A stretch of DNA of 64,000 bases from Planctomycetota bacterium (GTDB taxonomy: Bacteria; Planctomycetota; UBA1135; UBA2386): NCBI GenBank assembly GCA_965223545.1, contig OZ245006.1, forward strand, positions 640,001 to 704,000. Reading direction: 5' to 3'. Shown one piece after another: positions 52,628-62,933 of the stretch. Each line of letters opens with the position of its first letter. Position 1 is the first letter of the stretch. A program made the position numbers and the translations under genes. Under the pieces are notes generated by a model. It made no database searches. It was not told the DNA's origin and saw only the letters and a list, made by a program, of their open reading frames with translations.

Positions 52628-54337
52628 ATGCAAGACACCCTGCGCGAAGCGCTGCTCCGGCGCGCCGGCCTCAACGAGGCCCAGATCGACGAAGCGCTGG
52701 CCACTGAGCGCGAGCAGCAAGTCACCCTGGACCAGGCGCTGATCAACCGCAACCTGCTGCCCGAAGCGCGCTGCCTCGAGGTGTTCGCCGAGTTCCTCGG
52801 GCTCGAGCACCGCGTCAGCCTCGAGGGCGTGCCGGTGCCCGGCGACTTCATCCAGAACGTGCCGGTCCAGTTCGCCCGCACCCACCAGCTGGTGGCGATC
52901 GGCGAGGACGGCCCGCTGGTGCAGGTCGCCACCTGCCGGCCGCTCGACGTGCAGCCGATGGACGACCTGTCGACGATGATGGACCGCGAGGTCGAGGCGG
53001 TGCTGGCGCCGCGGGCGGAGATCGCCGCGCTGATCAACCGCGCCTACCGGCACAAGGCCGACGGCGTCGACGAGGCTCTCGTCGACATCGAGGAGCAGGA
53101 CATCGTCGGCCTGGCCAACACCATCGAGGAGTCCGAGGACCTCCTCGACGTCGCCAACAAGGCGCCGATCATCCGGCTGGTCAACATGCTGCTGTTCCAG
53201 GCGCTCAAGCTGCGCGCCTCGGACATCCACCTGCAGCCATACGTCGACCGCCTCCAGGTGCGCATGCGCATCGACGGCGTGCTCTACGACACCGAGGCGA
53301 TCCCCAAGAAGGCGCAGGAGGCGATCACCTCTCGCGTCAAGGTGATGGGCAAGATGGACATCGCCGAGCGCCGCCTGCCGCAGGACGGCCGCGCCTCGAT
53401 CCGGATCGGCGAGGGCGACGTCGACGTGCGCATCTCGACGGTGCCGGTGCAGAGCGGCGAGCGCGTGGTGTTCCGCATCCTCGACAAGACCGCCAAGGTC
53501 TACACGCTCGACCAGATCGGGCTGTCGGACGAGAACCACAAGACGATCCAGCGCTACATCCACTACTCGCACGGCATCATCTTCGTCACCGGGCCGACCG
53601 GCTCCGGCAAGACCACGACGCTCTACGCCGGCCTGCAGGCGATCAACGCTCCCGAGCTCAACATCCTGACCATCGAAGATCCTGTCGAGTACAACCTCGA
53701 CGGCATCAGCCAGGTGCAGGTCAACACCAAGAAGGGGCTGACCTTCGCCAACGGCCTGCGCTCGTTCCTGCGGCAGGACCCCGACGTGATGATGGTCGGT
53801 GAGGTGCGCGACAACGAGACCGCCGACATCGCGATCCGCGCCGCGCTGACCGGCCACCTGGTGTTCTCGACGGTGCACACCAACGACTCGGCGTCGACGG
53901 TGACGCGCATGCTCGACATCGGCGTCGAGCCGTATCTGGTGTCGTCGTCGGTGCTCATGGTCGTCGCCCAGCGCCTGGTGCGCACGGTGTGTCCGCACTG
54001 CAAGGAGCCGGTCGACGCCGACGAACGTTCGCGGTTCACGCTCGAGGACTTGGGTCTGAGCCTGGACCAGTTCCCCGACCAGAAGCTGGTGCGCGGTGCC
54101 GGCTGCGACGAGTGCTTCCACTCGGGCTACTCGGGCCGCACGGCGATCTACGAGGTGATGCCGATCGACTCCGTCATCCAGGAGCAGATCGTCGACAAGA
54201 AGTCGGCGAGCGTGATCAAGAAGGGTGCGATCGAGCGCGGCCTGAAGACGCTGCGCATGGATGGCATCGACAAGCTGCTGGCCGGCATGACGACCCCCGA
54301 GGAGGTCGTGCGCGTGACCCAGCGCGACGTGTTCTGA
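52628..54337 (+). CDS. gspE: Type II secretion ATPase
   Basis: ASDIHL, MDIAERRLPQDG, GPTGSGKTTTLY, TIEDPVEY, RQDPDVMMVGE, two CxxC motifs. Confidence 0.97.
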   Translation: MQDTLREALLRRAGLNEAQIDEALATEREQQVTLDQALINRNLLPEARCLEVFAEFLGLEHRVSLEGVPVPGDFIQNVPVQFARTHQLVAIGEDGPLVQVATCRPLDVQPMDDLSTMMDREVEAVLAPRAEIAALINRAYRHKADGVDEALVDIEEQDIVGLANTIEESEDLLDVANKAPIIRLVNMLLFQALKLRASDIHLQPYVDRLQVRMRIDGVLYDTEAIPKKAQEAITSRVKVMGKMDIAERRLPQDGRASIRIGEGDVDVRISTVPVQSGERVVFRILDKTAKVYTLDQIGLSDENHKTIQRYIHYSHGIIFVTGPTGSGKTTTLYAGLQAINAPELNILTIEDPVEYNLDGISQVQVNTKKGLTFANGLRSFLRQDPDVMMVGEVRDNETADIAIRAALTGHLVFSTVHTNDSASTVTRMLDIGVEPYLVSSSVLMVVAQRLVRTVCPHCKEPVDADERSRFTLEDLGLSLDQFPDQKLVRGAGCDECFHSGYSGRTAIYEVMPIDSVIQEQIVDKKSASVIKKGAIERGLKTLRMDGIDKLLAGMTTPEEVVRVTQRDVF

Positions 54338-54340
54338 CAG

Positions 54341-55561
54341 ATGCCGATCTACGCCTACAAGGCCGTCGACCCGCAGCAGAAGCCGCGCAAGGGCATCATC
54401 GACGCCGACAGCCCGCGCGAGGCGCGGCTCAAGCTGCGCACCCAGCAGCTGTACGTCACCGACATCGCCGAGTCGCGCGGCCGCCGCGAGCGCAAGATCC
54501 AGATCAAGGGCGTCACCGGCGTCGACTTCCCCAACAAGAAGCGCACCGAGCAGGTCGCCGCCGCCACCCGGCAGATGGCATCGCTGCTCGCCGCCGGCAT
54601 TCCGCTGACCGAGGCGCTGCGCACGGTGATCGAGCAGTCGCCCGACAAGCGCATCGAGGCGACCTTCCGCGACATTCGCGAGAAGCTGACCCAGGGCATG
54701 ACCTTCGGCGACGCGGTCACCCTGCACCCGGCGTACTTCACCGACCTGTACGGCAACATGGTCCGCGCCGGCGAGTCGTCGGGCGCACTCGACCAGGTGA
54801 TGCTGCGGCTGTCGAACTTCTTGCAGTCGCAGGCGCGGCTCAAGAACAAGGTCGGCGCCGCGCTGATCTACCCGACGGTGATGGTCATCATCGGCGTCAT
54901 CGTCGTCGCCGTGCTGATGACCTTCGTCGTGCCCAAGGTCACCCAGCTGCTGCGCGGCAGGGGCCGCGACCTGCCCCTGCCGACCGAGATCCTGGTCAAC
55001 ATCAGCGATGCGCTGGTGAACTACTGGCTGTTCATGATGTTGGGCGCGCTGGTCGTGGTCGTCCTGTTCCAGCTGTTCATCAACTCCGACCGCGGCGGGC
55101 TGCTGTGGGACCGGTTCAAGCTGCGCGTGCCGGTGTTCGGCGATCTGATGCGCAAGCAGTCGGTGGCGCGCTTCGCCACCACTTTCGCCACCTTGCTGCG
55201 CTCCGGCGTGCCGGCGCTGGAGTCGATCGAGGTGACCCAGCGCGTGGTCGACAACCGGGTGATCTCCAACTCGCTGGCCAAGGTGCACGAGCAGATCATG
55301 GAGGGCGCGGACATCGCGTCGCCGATGCGCGCCAGCGGCGCGTTCCCGCCGATGGTGTGCTACATGGTCGGCGTCGGCGAGCAGGCCGGCAACATCGAGG
55401 AGATGCTCGAGCGCGTCGCCGAGTCCTACGACGAGGAAGTCGACCTCGCCACGCAGAAGTTCACCGCGGTGATCGAGCCGCTGATCATCGTCCTGTTGGC
55501 CACCATCGTGGCCGGCATCGTGGTCGCCATCGTGCTGCCGCTGCTCGAGCTGCAGAACTGA
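54341..55561 (+). CDS. gspF: Type II secretion inner-membrane platform protein
   Basis: RQMASLLAAGIP, AGESSGAL, ALIYP, VGEQAGNI, IEP. Confidence 0.96.
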   Translation: MPIYAYKAVDPQQKPRKGIIDADSPREARLKLRTQQLYVTDIAESRGRRERKIQIKGVTGVDFPNKKRTEQVAAATRQMASLLAAGIPLTEALRTVIEQSPDKRIEATFRDIREKLTQGMTFGDAVTLHPAYFTDLYGNMVRAGESSGALDQVMLRLSNFLQSQARLKNKVGAALIYPTVMVIIGVIVVAVLMTFVVPKVTQLLRGRGRDLPLPTEILVNISDALVNYWLFMMLGALVVVVLFQLFINSDRGGLLWDRFKLRVPVFGDLMRKQSVARFATTFATLLRSGVPALESIEVTQRVVDNRVISNSLAKVHEQIMEGADIASPMRASGAFPPMVCYMVGVGEQAGNIEEMLERVAESYDEEVDLATQKFTAVIEPLIIVLLATIVAGIVVAIVLPLLELQN

Positions 55562-55763
55562 CCGAGCGCGCGAGCGGCGGGGCGCCTCAGGGCGACCCGC
55601 CCCAGCGGAATTGCGGAAGACCCGGGCCCCGGGCGGCGTCTCTAGCTCCAAACGCGACAGAAGGGCCCGTGCCGCCGGTCCGTTGGCTGCCCCGCCCCGG
55701 CGGAGATACACTACTCATAGGCCCGAAGCGCCCATCGCAACACCGTATAAGAGAACTACGACA

Positions 55764-56186
55764 ATGCAGTCCACCCGCCGCAACCGCCGCGCCGGCTTCA
55801 CGCTGGTCGAGATCATGGTCGTGATCGTGATCCTCGGCATGCTCGCCGCCCTCGTCGGCCAGAACGTCCTCGGCCAGTCCGACAAGGCCCAGATCCAGAC
55901 CGCCGAGATCCAGGTCCGCAACATCTACGACGCGGTCAAGAGCTACATGGTGCAGAACCGCAACCGCATCCCCACCTGGGAGGACATGCTGCAACGCGAC
56001 GAACGCGGCTTCCAGTTCTTCGAGTCCGAGGAGCCGCCGCTGGATCCGTGGGGCAACGACTACCTGATCGAGACCGACCCCGAGTTCGAGCGCCAAGTGC
56101 TCGTGGTGTGCTGGGGACCGGACGGTAACGCCGACACCGAGGACGACATCACCTCGCGCACGATCACCAAGCGCAAGGAGAACTGA
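55764..56186 (+). CDS. gspG: Major pseudopilin
   Basis: GFTLVEIMVV prepilin motif, DPWGNDY, WGPDGNADTEDDI. Confidence 0.93.
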   Translation: MQSTRRNRRAGFTLVEIMVVIVILGMLAALVGQNVLGQSDKAQIQTAEIQVRNIYDAVKSYMVQNRNRIPTWEDMLQRDERGFQFFESEEPPLDPWGNDYLIETDPEFERQVLVVCWGPDGNADTEDDITSRTITKRKEN

Positions 56187-56194
56187 GCGGTTCG

Positions 56195-56746
56195 ATGCGG
56201 CGCCAGGCGGGCTTCACGCTGCTCGAGCTGATCCTGGTGGTGGCGATCGGCGCCATCCTGATGCGCGTCGTGACCGCCAACATCGGCGCCATCGTGCCGT
56301 CCAAGGCGATGGACTCCGCCGCGGGGCAGCTGATCTCGCAGGCCAACTTCCTGCGCTCGGAGGCGCGGCTGCAGGGCAAGGTGTATCGGCTGGAGATGGA
56401 CCTGGACAACCACCGGTTCCGCACCGTGCTGCCGCCGGAGGACCGGCTGCTGTCGACCGAAGAGCAGCAGGAGGAGTTCGCACTGGGTTGGACCCAGCTC
56501 GAGGACGGCGTGCAGTTCGAGCGGCACGAGTTCTCCGGCGGACGACTGGTGCGCAACGGGCTGTCGTCGATCGAATTCGACGCCGGCGGCTTCACCGGCG
56601 ACCAGACCATCGTGCTCGTCTACGAGACCGATGAGAAGATGCTGTGGTCGGTGCAGCTGCGCGGCCTGACGGGGACGTCCTCGGTGCAGAACGACTTCGA
56701 CGGCAAGATCCATCTGGTGGAGACCGCGGATGCGTCGAGCTTCTGA
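56195..56746 (+). CDS. gspH: Minor pseudopilin (GspH-like)
   Basis: GFTLLELILVV prepilin motif; position after gspG. Confidence 0.75.
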   Translation: MRRQAGFTLLELILVVAIGAILMRVVTANIGAIVPSKAMDSAAGQLISQANFLRSEARLQGKVYRLEMDLDNHRFRTVLPPEDRLLSTEEQQEEFALGWTQLEDGVQFERHEFSGGRLVRNGLSSIEFDAGGFTGDQTIVLVYETDEKMLWSVQLRGLTGTSSVQNDFDGKIHLVETADASSF

Positions 56747-57422
56747 CGCGAGGCAGCGGGGACCGCGCGGCTTCACCCTGATCGAAGTCGTCGTCGCGAT
56801 GGCCATTCTGGCGCTCGTCGCCCTGGCCTTTCTCGGCACGCGCACCGACGCGATCATCGATGCTACCGAGGCGCGCAACTGGCGCATCGCCAAGGAGCTG
56901 GCCGAAGAGCTGCTGTCCGAGCTCGCCGCCGGCGCCCGCGAGCTGCGGCCGGAGGTCGGCCGGCAGCAGATCGAGCGCTACGAGGACTTCTCCTACGAGA
57001 TCGTGGTCGGCGAGTCGGCGATCAGCCAGTTCGAGGCCAACGCCGCCGACAGCCTCGGCGGCGTCGGCTCCAGCGATGCCGCCAACCGCGCCACCTGGCA
57101 ACGCGATCGCGATGAGATGCGGCGCGCGCAGCAGCAGGGCTTGAGCCTCACCGACTACCGCGACCAGATGCTGGCAGACGAGATCGCCCTCGAAAACGAA
57201 ACTCGGGTGCCCAGTGAGGACGATTACGAGGAAGTGCTCGTCGTCGTCCACTTTCCCATGGTGCGCATCGAGGCCGAGATGGACGAAGCCAGCTTCACCC
57301 TCAAGGCCCGGCTGCCGACTCTGGCCATCGAGGGCATGACGCCCGAGGAGGCCGGCCAGCTGGCCAGCGCCCAAGGCCTCGACCCCGCCACCGGCGCCGC
57401 CCCGGAGGCGAACCAACAGTGA
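56730..57422 (+). CDS. gspI: Minor pseudopilin (GspI-like, extended)
   Basis: GFTLIEVVVAMAIL; position in the cluster. Confidence 0.7.
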   Translation: MRRASDARQRGPRGFTLIEVVVAMAILALVALAFLGTRTDAIIDATEARNWRIAKELAEELLSELAAGARELRPEVGRQQIERYEDFSYEIVVGESAISQFEANAADSLGGVGSSDAANRATWQRDRDEMRRAQQQGLSLTDYRDQMLADEIALENETRVPSEDDYEEVLVVVHFPMVRIEAEMDEASFTLKARLPTLAIEGMTPEEAGQLASAQGLDPATGAAPEANQQ

Positions 57423-57469
57423 CCTCGCCGCCCCCACACCACGATCTACAGACCGCCGGAGGGATGTCC

Positions 57470-58522
57470 ATGTCGCGCCGCAACGCCGGTTTCACCCTGA
57501 TCGAGATCATGCTGGCCGTGGCGATCACGGCGATGATCATGACCACCGTCGGCTCGGCGTTCTTGGGCATTCTCAATGCCCGGGAGGAGGTGCGAGCACT
57601 GTCGGAGTCGACCAGCTCCGGGCCGCGCGTGCTCGCCATGATCGAACGCGACCTCCGTGGACTCTGGCACCACAACATCAAGGACAACAAGGTCCTGCTC
57701 GGCGAGAACCGCGACATCGCCGGCTTCGACGCGGATCGGATCAACCTCCTGGTGCACAACGACGCCATGGGCGTGGTGATCGACGACCTGTCCCGCCCCC
57801 ACCACCCGACGGTGTGCGAGGTGGGCTACTGGCTGCGCGAGAACGAGCGCTCGCCGGGGCTGCGCGAGCTGTGGCGGCGCGAGGACCCGATGGTCGACGA
57901 CAACTTGATCGAGGGCGGCACGTTCCAGCTGGTGCACGACCGCATCAAGAACCTCAACATCACCTACTACACGACGCTGGGCGCCAACGCCGAGCCGATC
58001 CACGAGTGGGACTCGAGCCGCGAGGCGACGCTGCCGCGCCGGATCAAGATCGAGCTGTCGGTCGAGCGGCCGCTGGCCAACCGCAACCGGGTGTCGGCGA
58101 CCGAGTTCGACGACTTCGAGGAGACGGTCAAGAAGTACACCCGACACATCGTCTTCGACCGGCGCTTCCCCGACATTCTCAAGGGGGGCGTCGCCATGCG
58201 CACGGTGTTCCCCCCCCCACCGGAGAGCACGGCCGGCGGCAGCGAAGAAGGCGGCGAAGGCGGCGGCGGCAACGCCGCCGTGGTCGGCAACGGCATGATC
58301 ACCCAGGGCATTAGCACGGGCGATCTCCGCAACCGACCGGGTGCGCCGCCCGACGGGCGCAGCACCAACTTCACCGCCAGCCCCCCCGCCCCCCGCGGCT
58401 TCCAGCCACCGCGCAGCATCCCACCGAACCCCACCAACCTGATCAACCAGCTGATGCAGGGCTCCGGCAACGGCACCGGCGTCACCGGCAGCATCAACTT
58501 CGGCAACCTGATCGGCCGCTAA
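57470..58522 (+). CDS. gspJ: Minor pseudopilin (GspJ-like) with low-complexity C-terminal tail
   Basis: RBS GGAGG, GFTLIEIMLAV, IERDL, LWRRE, EWDS...LPRRIKIEL. Confidence 0.78.
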   Translation: MSRRNAGFTLIEIMLAVAITAMIMTTVGSAFLGILNAREEVRALSESTSSGPRVLAMIERDLRGLWHHNIKDNKVLLGENRDIAGFDADRINLLVHNDAMGVVIDDLSRPHHPTVCEVGYWLRENERSPGLRELWRREDPMVDDNLIEGGTFQLVHDRIKNLNITYYTTLGANAEPIHEWDSSREATLPRRIKIELSVERPLANRNRVSATEFDDFEETVKKYTRHIVFDRRFPDILKGGVAMRTVFPPPPESTAGGSEEGGEGGGGNAAVVGNGMITQGISTGDLRNRPGAPPDGRSTNFTASPPAPRGFQPPRSIPPNPTNLINQLMQGSGNGTGVTGSINFGNLIGR

Positions 58523-58526
58523 TGGC

Positions 58527-58557
58527 GGTACGGAGCCTGGCTCCGTACCTTCACTTT
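58527..58557 (+). terminator. Hairpin GGTACGGAGC-CTG-GCTCCGTACC followed by TTCACTTT; also REP-like copy 2
   Basis: Perfect 10-bp stem between convergent gspJ and serS. Confidence 0.65.
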
Positions 58558-58560
58558 GGC

Positions 58561-59856
58561 CTAGTACGGTGTCAGGGCGCGGCCGATGGTTGCGCGGCCG
58601 CCCATGTAGGGGCGCAGGGGCTCGGGGATGGCGACGGTGCCGTCCGGCCGTTGGTGGATCTCGAGCAGGGGGATGAGGATGCGGGGCGAGGCCAGGGCGG
58701 TGTTGTTGAGGGTGTGGCAGAACCGGGGCTTGCGCGTCTCGGCGCAGCGGTAGCGCAGGCCGAGCCGGCGGGCTTGGTAGTCGTAGAAGCGCGAGGCCGA
58801 GTGGGTCTCGCCAAAGCTCTGGCGCGAGGGCATCCAGCTCTCGATGTCGAACTTCTGGATCTGGCCGACGCCGAGGTCGCCACCGCAGACGTTGACTACG
58901 CGGTATGGGATCTGCAGCGCCGTCAGTAGGTCCTCGGCGTTCTGCAGGATCTCTCGGTGGCGCTCGATGCTGCGCTGCTCGTCGCCGATGTCGACCACCA
59001 CTTGCTCGACCTTCTGGAACTGGTGCACGCGGTACAGGCCCTTGGTGTCGCGACCGTAGGTCCCGGCCTCCCGGCGGAAGCACGTCGAGCGCGCCACGTA
59101 GCGCTTGGGCAGCTCGGCCTCGTCGAGGATCGCGTCGCCGTGCAGAGCCGTCACCGGCACCTCGGAGGTGCCGATCAGGTTGAGCTCGTCCTGTGGCACG
59201 CGGTAGGTCTGCTCCTCGCCACCGGGAAAGAACGCGGTGCCCAGCATCGCGGCGTCGCGCACCAGGACCGGCGGATCGATCGCGACGTAGCCCTTCGCAA
59301 CCAACGAGTCGACCGCGAACCGCAGCGCCGCGTCCTGCAGCAGCGCCAGATCACCGAGCAGGTAGTAGTTGCGACTGCCGGACAGCTGACCCGCGCGCTT
59401 GGTGTCGAGCCAGCCCTGCGCCTCGGCGAGCTCGTGGTGCGGCCGCACGTCGAAGTCGGGGGCGGCGATCTCCCCCACCCGCCGCAGCTCGACGTTGCCG
59501 CTGTCGTCGTCGCCCTCCGGTACCTCGGGCGCGGGCACGCTCGGCACCAGCAGCAACGCCTCGCGCAGCTCGCGCTGCAGGGCCCGCTGTCGCTCCTCGA
59601 GCTGCTGCAGCTCGGCCTTGGCGGCCTTCTGCTGCTCCAAGAACGCACCGCGCTCTTCGGCCGACAGCCGGCCCAGCTGCTTGCCCGCCGCTTTCTGCTC
59701 GGCCCGCCGCTGGTCGATCTCGGGGATCAGCGCGCGCAGCGCCCCGTCCGCCTCCAACGCCCGATCGACGGCCTCCGCACGCTCCGGAAAGCGCTTCTTG
59801 ATGGCCCCCGCCCGCGCCGCCTCGGGGTTCTCGCGCAAGAACTTGATGTCGAGCAA
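58561..59856 (-). CDS. serS: Serine--tRNA ligase
   Basis: MLDIKFLREN, GTSEVP, CFRREAG, YRVHQFQKVEQ, HTLNNT. Confidence 0.98.
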   Translation of the reverse strand: MLDIKFLRENPEAARAGAIKKRFPERAEAVDRALEADGALRALIPEIDQRRAEQKAAGKQLGRLSAEERGAFLEQQKAAKAELQQLEERQRALQRELREALLLVPSVPAPEVPEGDDDSGNVELRRVGEIAAPDFDVRPHHELAEAQGWLDTKRAGQLSGSRNYYLLGDLALLQDAALRFAVDSLVAKGYVAIDPPVLVRDAAMLGTAFFPGGEEQTYRVPQDELNLIGTSEVPVTALHGDAILDEAELPKRYVARSTCFRREAGTYGRDTKGLYRVHQFQKVEQVVVDIGDEQRSIERHREILQNAEDLLTALQIPYRVVNVCGGDLGVGQIQKFDIESWMPSRQSFGETHSASRFYDYQARRLGLRYRCAETRKPRFCHTLNNTALASPRILIPLLEIHQRPDGTVAIPEPLRPYMGGRATIGRALTPY

Positions 59857-59860
59857 GGGA

Positions 59861-61957
59861 CTACTGCTTCCAAACCGGCTTCAGCGGACCGAACAGCTTG
59901 TTCTTCTTCTCCTGCAGCCCGACGAACATGTCGGCCGCCGGCATCTTGACGCGCAGCTTCATGGTGCCGCCGCTGTCGTCCTCCGGCTTGGGAAAGAAGC
60001 CGACCTCGAGCGCCAGGTTGGGATACTTGGACAGGATGCCGTTGAGGTAGTCGCTGTCCATCGGCACGAACTTCGCCACCGGCTTGGCGCCCTTGCCCGA
60101 GTCCGAACGCGCCACCAGAACCTCGGGCGCCGGCGCGGCGCCGTTGATCCGGCTGTAGCGCTCGCCGCCGGCGCCGTAGACCGCGATGCTGGTCGCGTCG
60201 ATCTCGACGTCCTGCCCCTCGCCGCCGCGGGCGAAGTCCAGCGTGAACGGCGCTCCGAGGGTGAACTCGGTGGTCTCCCCCTCGACGACGACGACGTCCT
60301 CCATGTTGCCGTGGTAGACGTGCGCCTGAATGCCCCGGCTGCCCTTGCCGCTGGCGATGCGCCCGAAGCTCAGCTGATACTTGCCGACCGGCACCTCGAC
60401 CGGCTTGCCGCTGGCGACGTTGAAGTGTGTGTTGGCGAACACTCCCTGCCCGCTCAGCACCAGCACCTCCGGCTTGATCCCGCGCGCCCCTTTCCAGCGG
60501 AAGACCACCGAGCCGGTCTTGAAGTACTCGGGGTTGACCGGCCGGATGCCCACGTTCTGCCCGGTCTCGTCACCGCGCAGCGCGAACCACTGCTCGCCGA
60601 CCTGCACGAAGTCGGACAGCGGGTGCGTGTCCCCCTTGCCGACCTGCATCGAATCGAAGCTCGGCACCGGCACCCCGTCGACCGGGTTGCGCGTGTAGTC
60701 CCGCATCCCCAGCGCCCACGGGTCCCCTTCGAACAGCCGCCCATTGGAGTTGTCGTCGTAGAACGTCACCTCTTCGCCCGCCAGCTCCGCAACCCAGCTG
60801 CTGGCGCTGCGGTAGTAGACCTGCGCGCTGTCGTCGCGCGGCGCCAGATTGAAGTTCATCCCGACCAGCGTCTCCTGGTCCCCCGCCGTGTAGAAGCTCA
60901 TCGCATAGCGCGCCTCGCCATCCTCGCTCAGCGAGAACACGCTCGGCTTGAGCTTGAGGTTGGGCTCGACCTCGTCCATCGACGACGGCTGCTCGCCCTG
61001 CTCGAGCTCCTCGATGGTGACGCCGAACTTGGCCGCCGCGGGGCGCACGAGGAACAGCGGACGCTTGACGAACCAGTCGATCTTGGTCGGCCCGGCCCCA
61101 CGCACGTTGCAGCTGAGCCAGAACCCGGGCACCGGTCCGCCGCGGAAGAACAGATCGGTGTGCGCCTGCTTCTGCACCTCGAACTCGAGCGGCACCAGCT
61201 GCTCCTCGGCGTTGGGCATCACCACCGAGTCGATCCCGGTGATGTCCTCGGAGTAGCCCTGCTCGCGGCGCCGGTCGGCCTCTGCCTCCGCACCGTCGAG
61301 CCGATTCGTCTCGGCCTTGAGCAGGACCTTGTTCTGCTGATACAGCGCGTCCTCGGTCCACTCCCACTGCTCGCGCTGGCTGAGGAAGTTGCCGAGGCAA
61401 GTCACGGCCACCCGGCGGTCGTCGACCGTGGCGGAGGGCATCTTCAAGCTGATCTCGGCCGACAGCGACCAGAGCTTGGCCGCGCTCAGCGCATGGCCGA
61501 GGCTCTGGTAGGTGCGCGCCAGCTCCATGGCCGACTCGCGCGCCGCCTCCATCTTCTCGCGCTCGCCGGCGTTCAACCCCTCGTGATAGAGGTTGTAGAT
61601 CGGCGACTCCGTCCGCTCGGCCTTGGCCACCGCCTGGCGGGTGCGGTCGTCGCGGCGCGCGTCGTAGCGTTCGTACAACTCGAGCGTGCCGGTGTCGAAC
61701 ACGCGCCGCCAGCTCTGCTTCAAGGTGTCGAGCACCTCGTAGGTCTCGGCATCACCCCGCTGCGCGTACTGCCGCTGGTAGGCACCGAAGTGGCGGATGG
61801 CGGCGTTCGGGTGGCTGCGCACGGCACGGTCCAGGCCCGCCTGGTCGGTGTATTCGACCGCCTTGGCGAACTTCTCCACGAACTCCGAGTAGTCCTGCGC
61901 GGGCGTCACCGCGGCGAGCAGGAGGGTGAGAGTGAACAGTCGGAGGGGGTTCTTCAT
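59861..61957 (-). CDS. Hypothetical secreted protein (698 aa; helical N-terminus, beta-rich C-terminus)
   Basis: Signal peptide MKNPLRLFTLTLLLAAVTPA; strong coding bias; TACAAT -10-like hexamer upstream. Confidence 0.8.
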   Translation of the reverse strand: MKNPLRLFTLTLLLAAVTPAQDYSEFVEKFAKAVEYTDQAGLDRAVRSHPNAAIRHFGAYQRQYAQRGDAETYEVLDTLKQSWRRVFDTGTLELYERYDARRDDRTRQAVAKAERTESPIYNLYHEGLNAGEREKMEAARESAMELARTYQSLGHALSAAKLWSLSAEISLKMPSATVDDRRVAVTCLGNFLSQREQWEWTEDALYQQNKVLLKAETNRLDGAEAEADRRREQGYSEDITGIDSVVMPNAEEQLVPLEFEVQKQAHTDLFFRGGPVPGFWLSCNVRGAGPTKIDWFVKRPLFLVRPAAAKFGVTIEELEQGEQPSSMDEVEPNLKLKPSVFSLSEDGEARYAMSFYTAGDQETLVGMNFNLAPRDDSAQVYYRSASSWVAELAGEEVTFYDDNSNGRLFEGDPWALGMRDYTRNPVDGVPVPSFDSMQVGKGDTHPLSDFVQVGEQWFALRGDETGQNVGIRPVNPEYFKTGSVVFRWKGARGIKPEVLVLSGQGVFANTHFNVASGKPVEVPVGKYQLSFGRIASGKGSRGIQAHVYHGNMEDVVVVEGETTEFTLGAPFTLDFARGGEGQDVEIDATSIAVYGAGGERYSRINGAAPAPEVLVARSDSGKGAKPVAKFVPMDSDYLNGILSKYPNLALEVGFFPKPEDDSGGTMKLRVKMPAADMFVGLQEKKNKLFGPLKPVWKQ

Positions 61958-62027
61958 GCGACACCGTGGGTTGTGATTGGAGGGCGATTGTAGGCGCGCG
62001 ATCGCCGGCGTGCCGCCCTTGGAGCCT

Positions 62028-62852
62028 CTAGTCCTTGCGGCGCATCTGCTTGGACGCGCGGTCGAGAAACCGGCGCTCCTGCGGGGTCAAAGACCCGATG
62101 CCGTCGCGGTGAACCTTCTCCAGCAGCTCGTCGAGCCGCTGCCGGTCCTCGTGCGCGTTCCGCACCTCGCGATCGGCCTGCCAACTACGCCACTTGGCGG
62201 CGAGATCCAAGTCCCGCGCCGGCGTGCGATAGGCGAGGTAGCCCCAGAGAGCCCCGCCGAGGTGGCCACCGTGCGCCACCCCATCGCCGCCACCGACCAC
62301 CACCTGGACGTAGGTCGAGTAGAGGCCGAAGACCACCAGGCCGATCGCCACCCAGCGCAACTCGATGGGGAACACGATCAGGATCACGCGCAGAGTCGGT
62401 GCCATGCACGCCGCGTAGATCAGGATGCCGTAGCACGCCCCGCTGGCGCCGATCGTGTACGCCGCCGACGGTCCGGTCAGGACGGACTCGAGCAGGATCT
62501 GCAACAGCGCGCCGAAGATCCCCGACAGCAAGTACAGCTGGATGATCCGCTGCTTGCCGATGCGCTCCTCGACGAAGGTGCCGAAGAAGTACAGCATCAG
62601 CATGTTGAACAAGATGTGCCCGAACAGCGTGAAGCTGTGCACGAACTGGTAGGTCACGAGCCGCAGCAGGCCGAGCCCGTAGCCGTCCCACAGGCGAGTC
62701 CACGACACCCCCAGCCATTCGCCCAGCGTGGTGCCGAACAACGGCACCACCAGCATGTTGGCGACGAAGACGCCGGCGTTGATCAGCAACAGCAGCTTGA
62801 CGCCGGGCGTCAAGCGCGGGAAGGCGAACGCGACCTGGTTACCGTAATCCAT
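62028..62852 (-). CDS. Rhomboid intramembrane serine protease with C-terminal DUF6576-like extension
   Basis: TYQFVH, HILFNML, IGASGA, HGGHLGG, LDELLEKVHRDGIGSLTPQERRFL. Confidence 0.93.
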   Translation of the reverse strand: MDYGNQVAFAFPRLTPGVKLLLLINAGVFVANMLVVPLFGTTLGEWLGVSWTRLWDGYGLGLLRLVTYQFVHSFTLFGHILFNMLMLYFFGTFVEERIGKQRIIQLYLLSGIFGALLQILLESVLTGPSAAYTIGASGACYGILIYAACMAPTLRVILIVFPIELRWVAIGLVVFGLYSTYVQVVVGGGDGVAHGGHLGGALWGYLAYRTPARDLDLAAKWRSWQADREVRNAHEDRQRLDELLEKVHRDGIGSLTPQERRFLDRASKQMRRKD

Positions 62853-62933
62853 GGGGCATGCGCGGGGCCGCCACCGCCGCCGGCAGCGCCACAGCAGGCA
62901 TCATCGACACCGGGCGGCGCGGCGCAAGAGCGG

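Noticed and set aside
50245..55711. Long minus-strand ORFs (930 and 1160 aa) over gspD/E/F
   Set aside because: Antisense shadows with no recognizable motifs.
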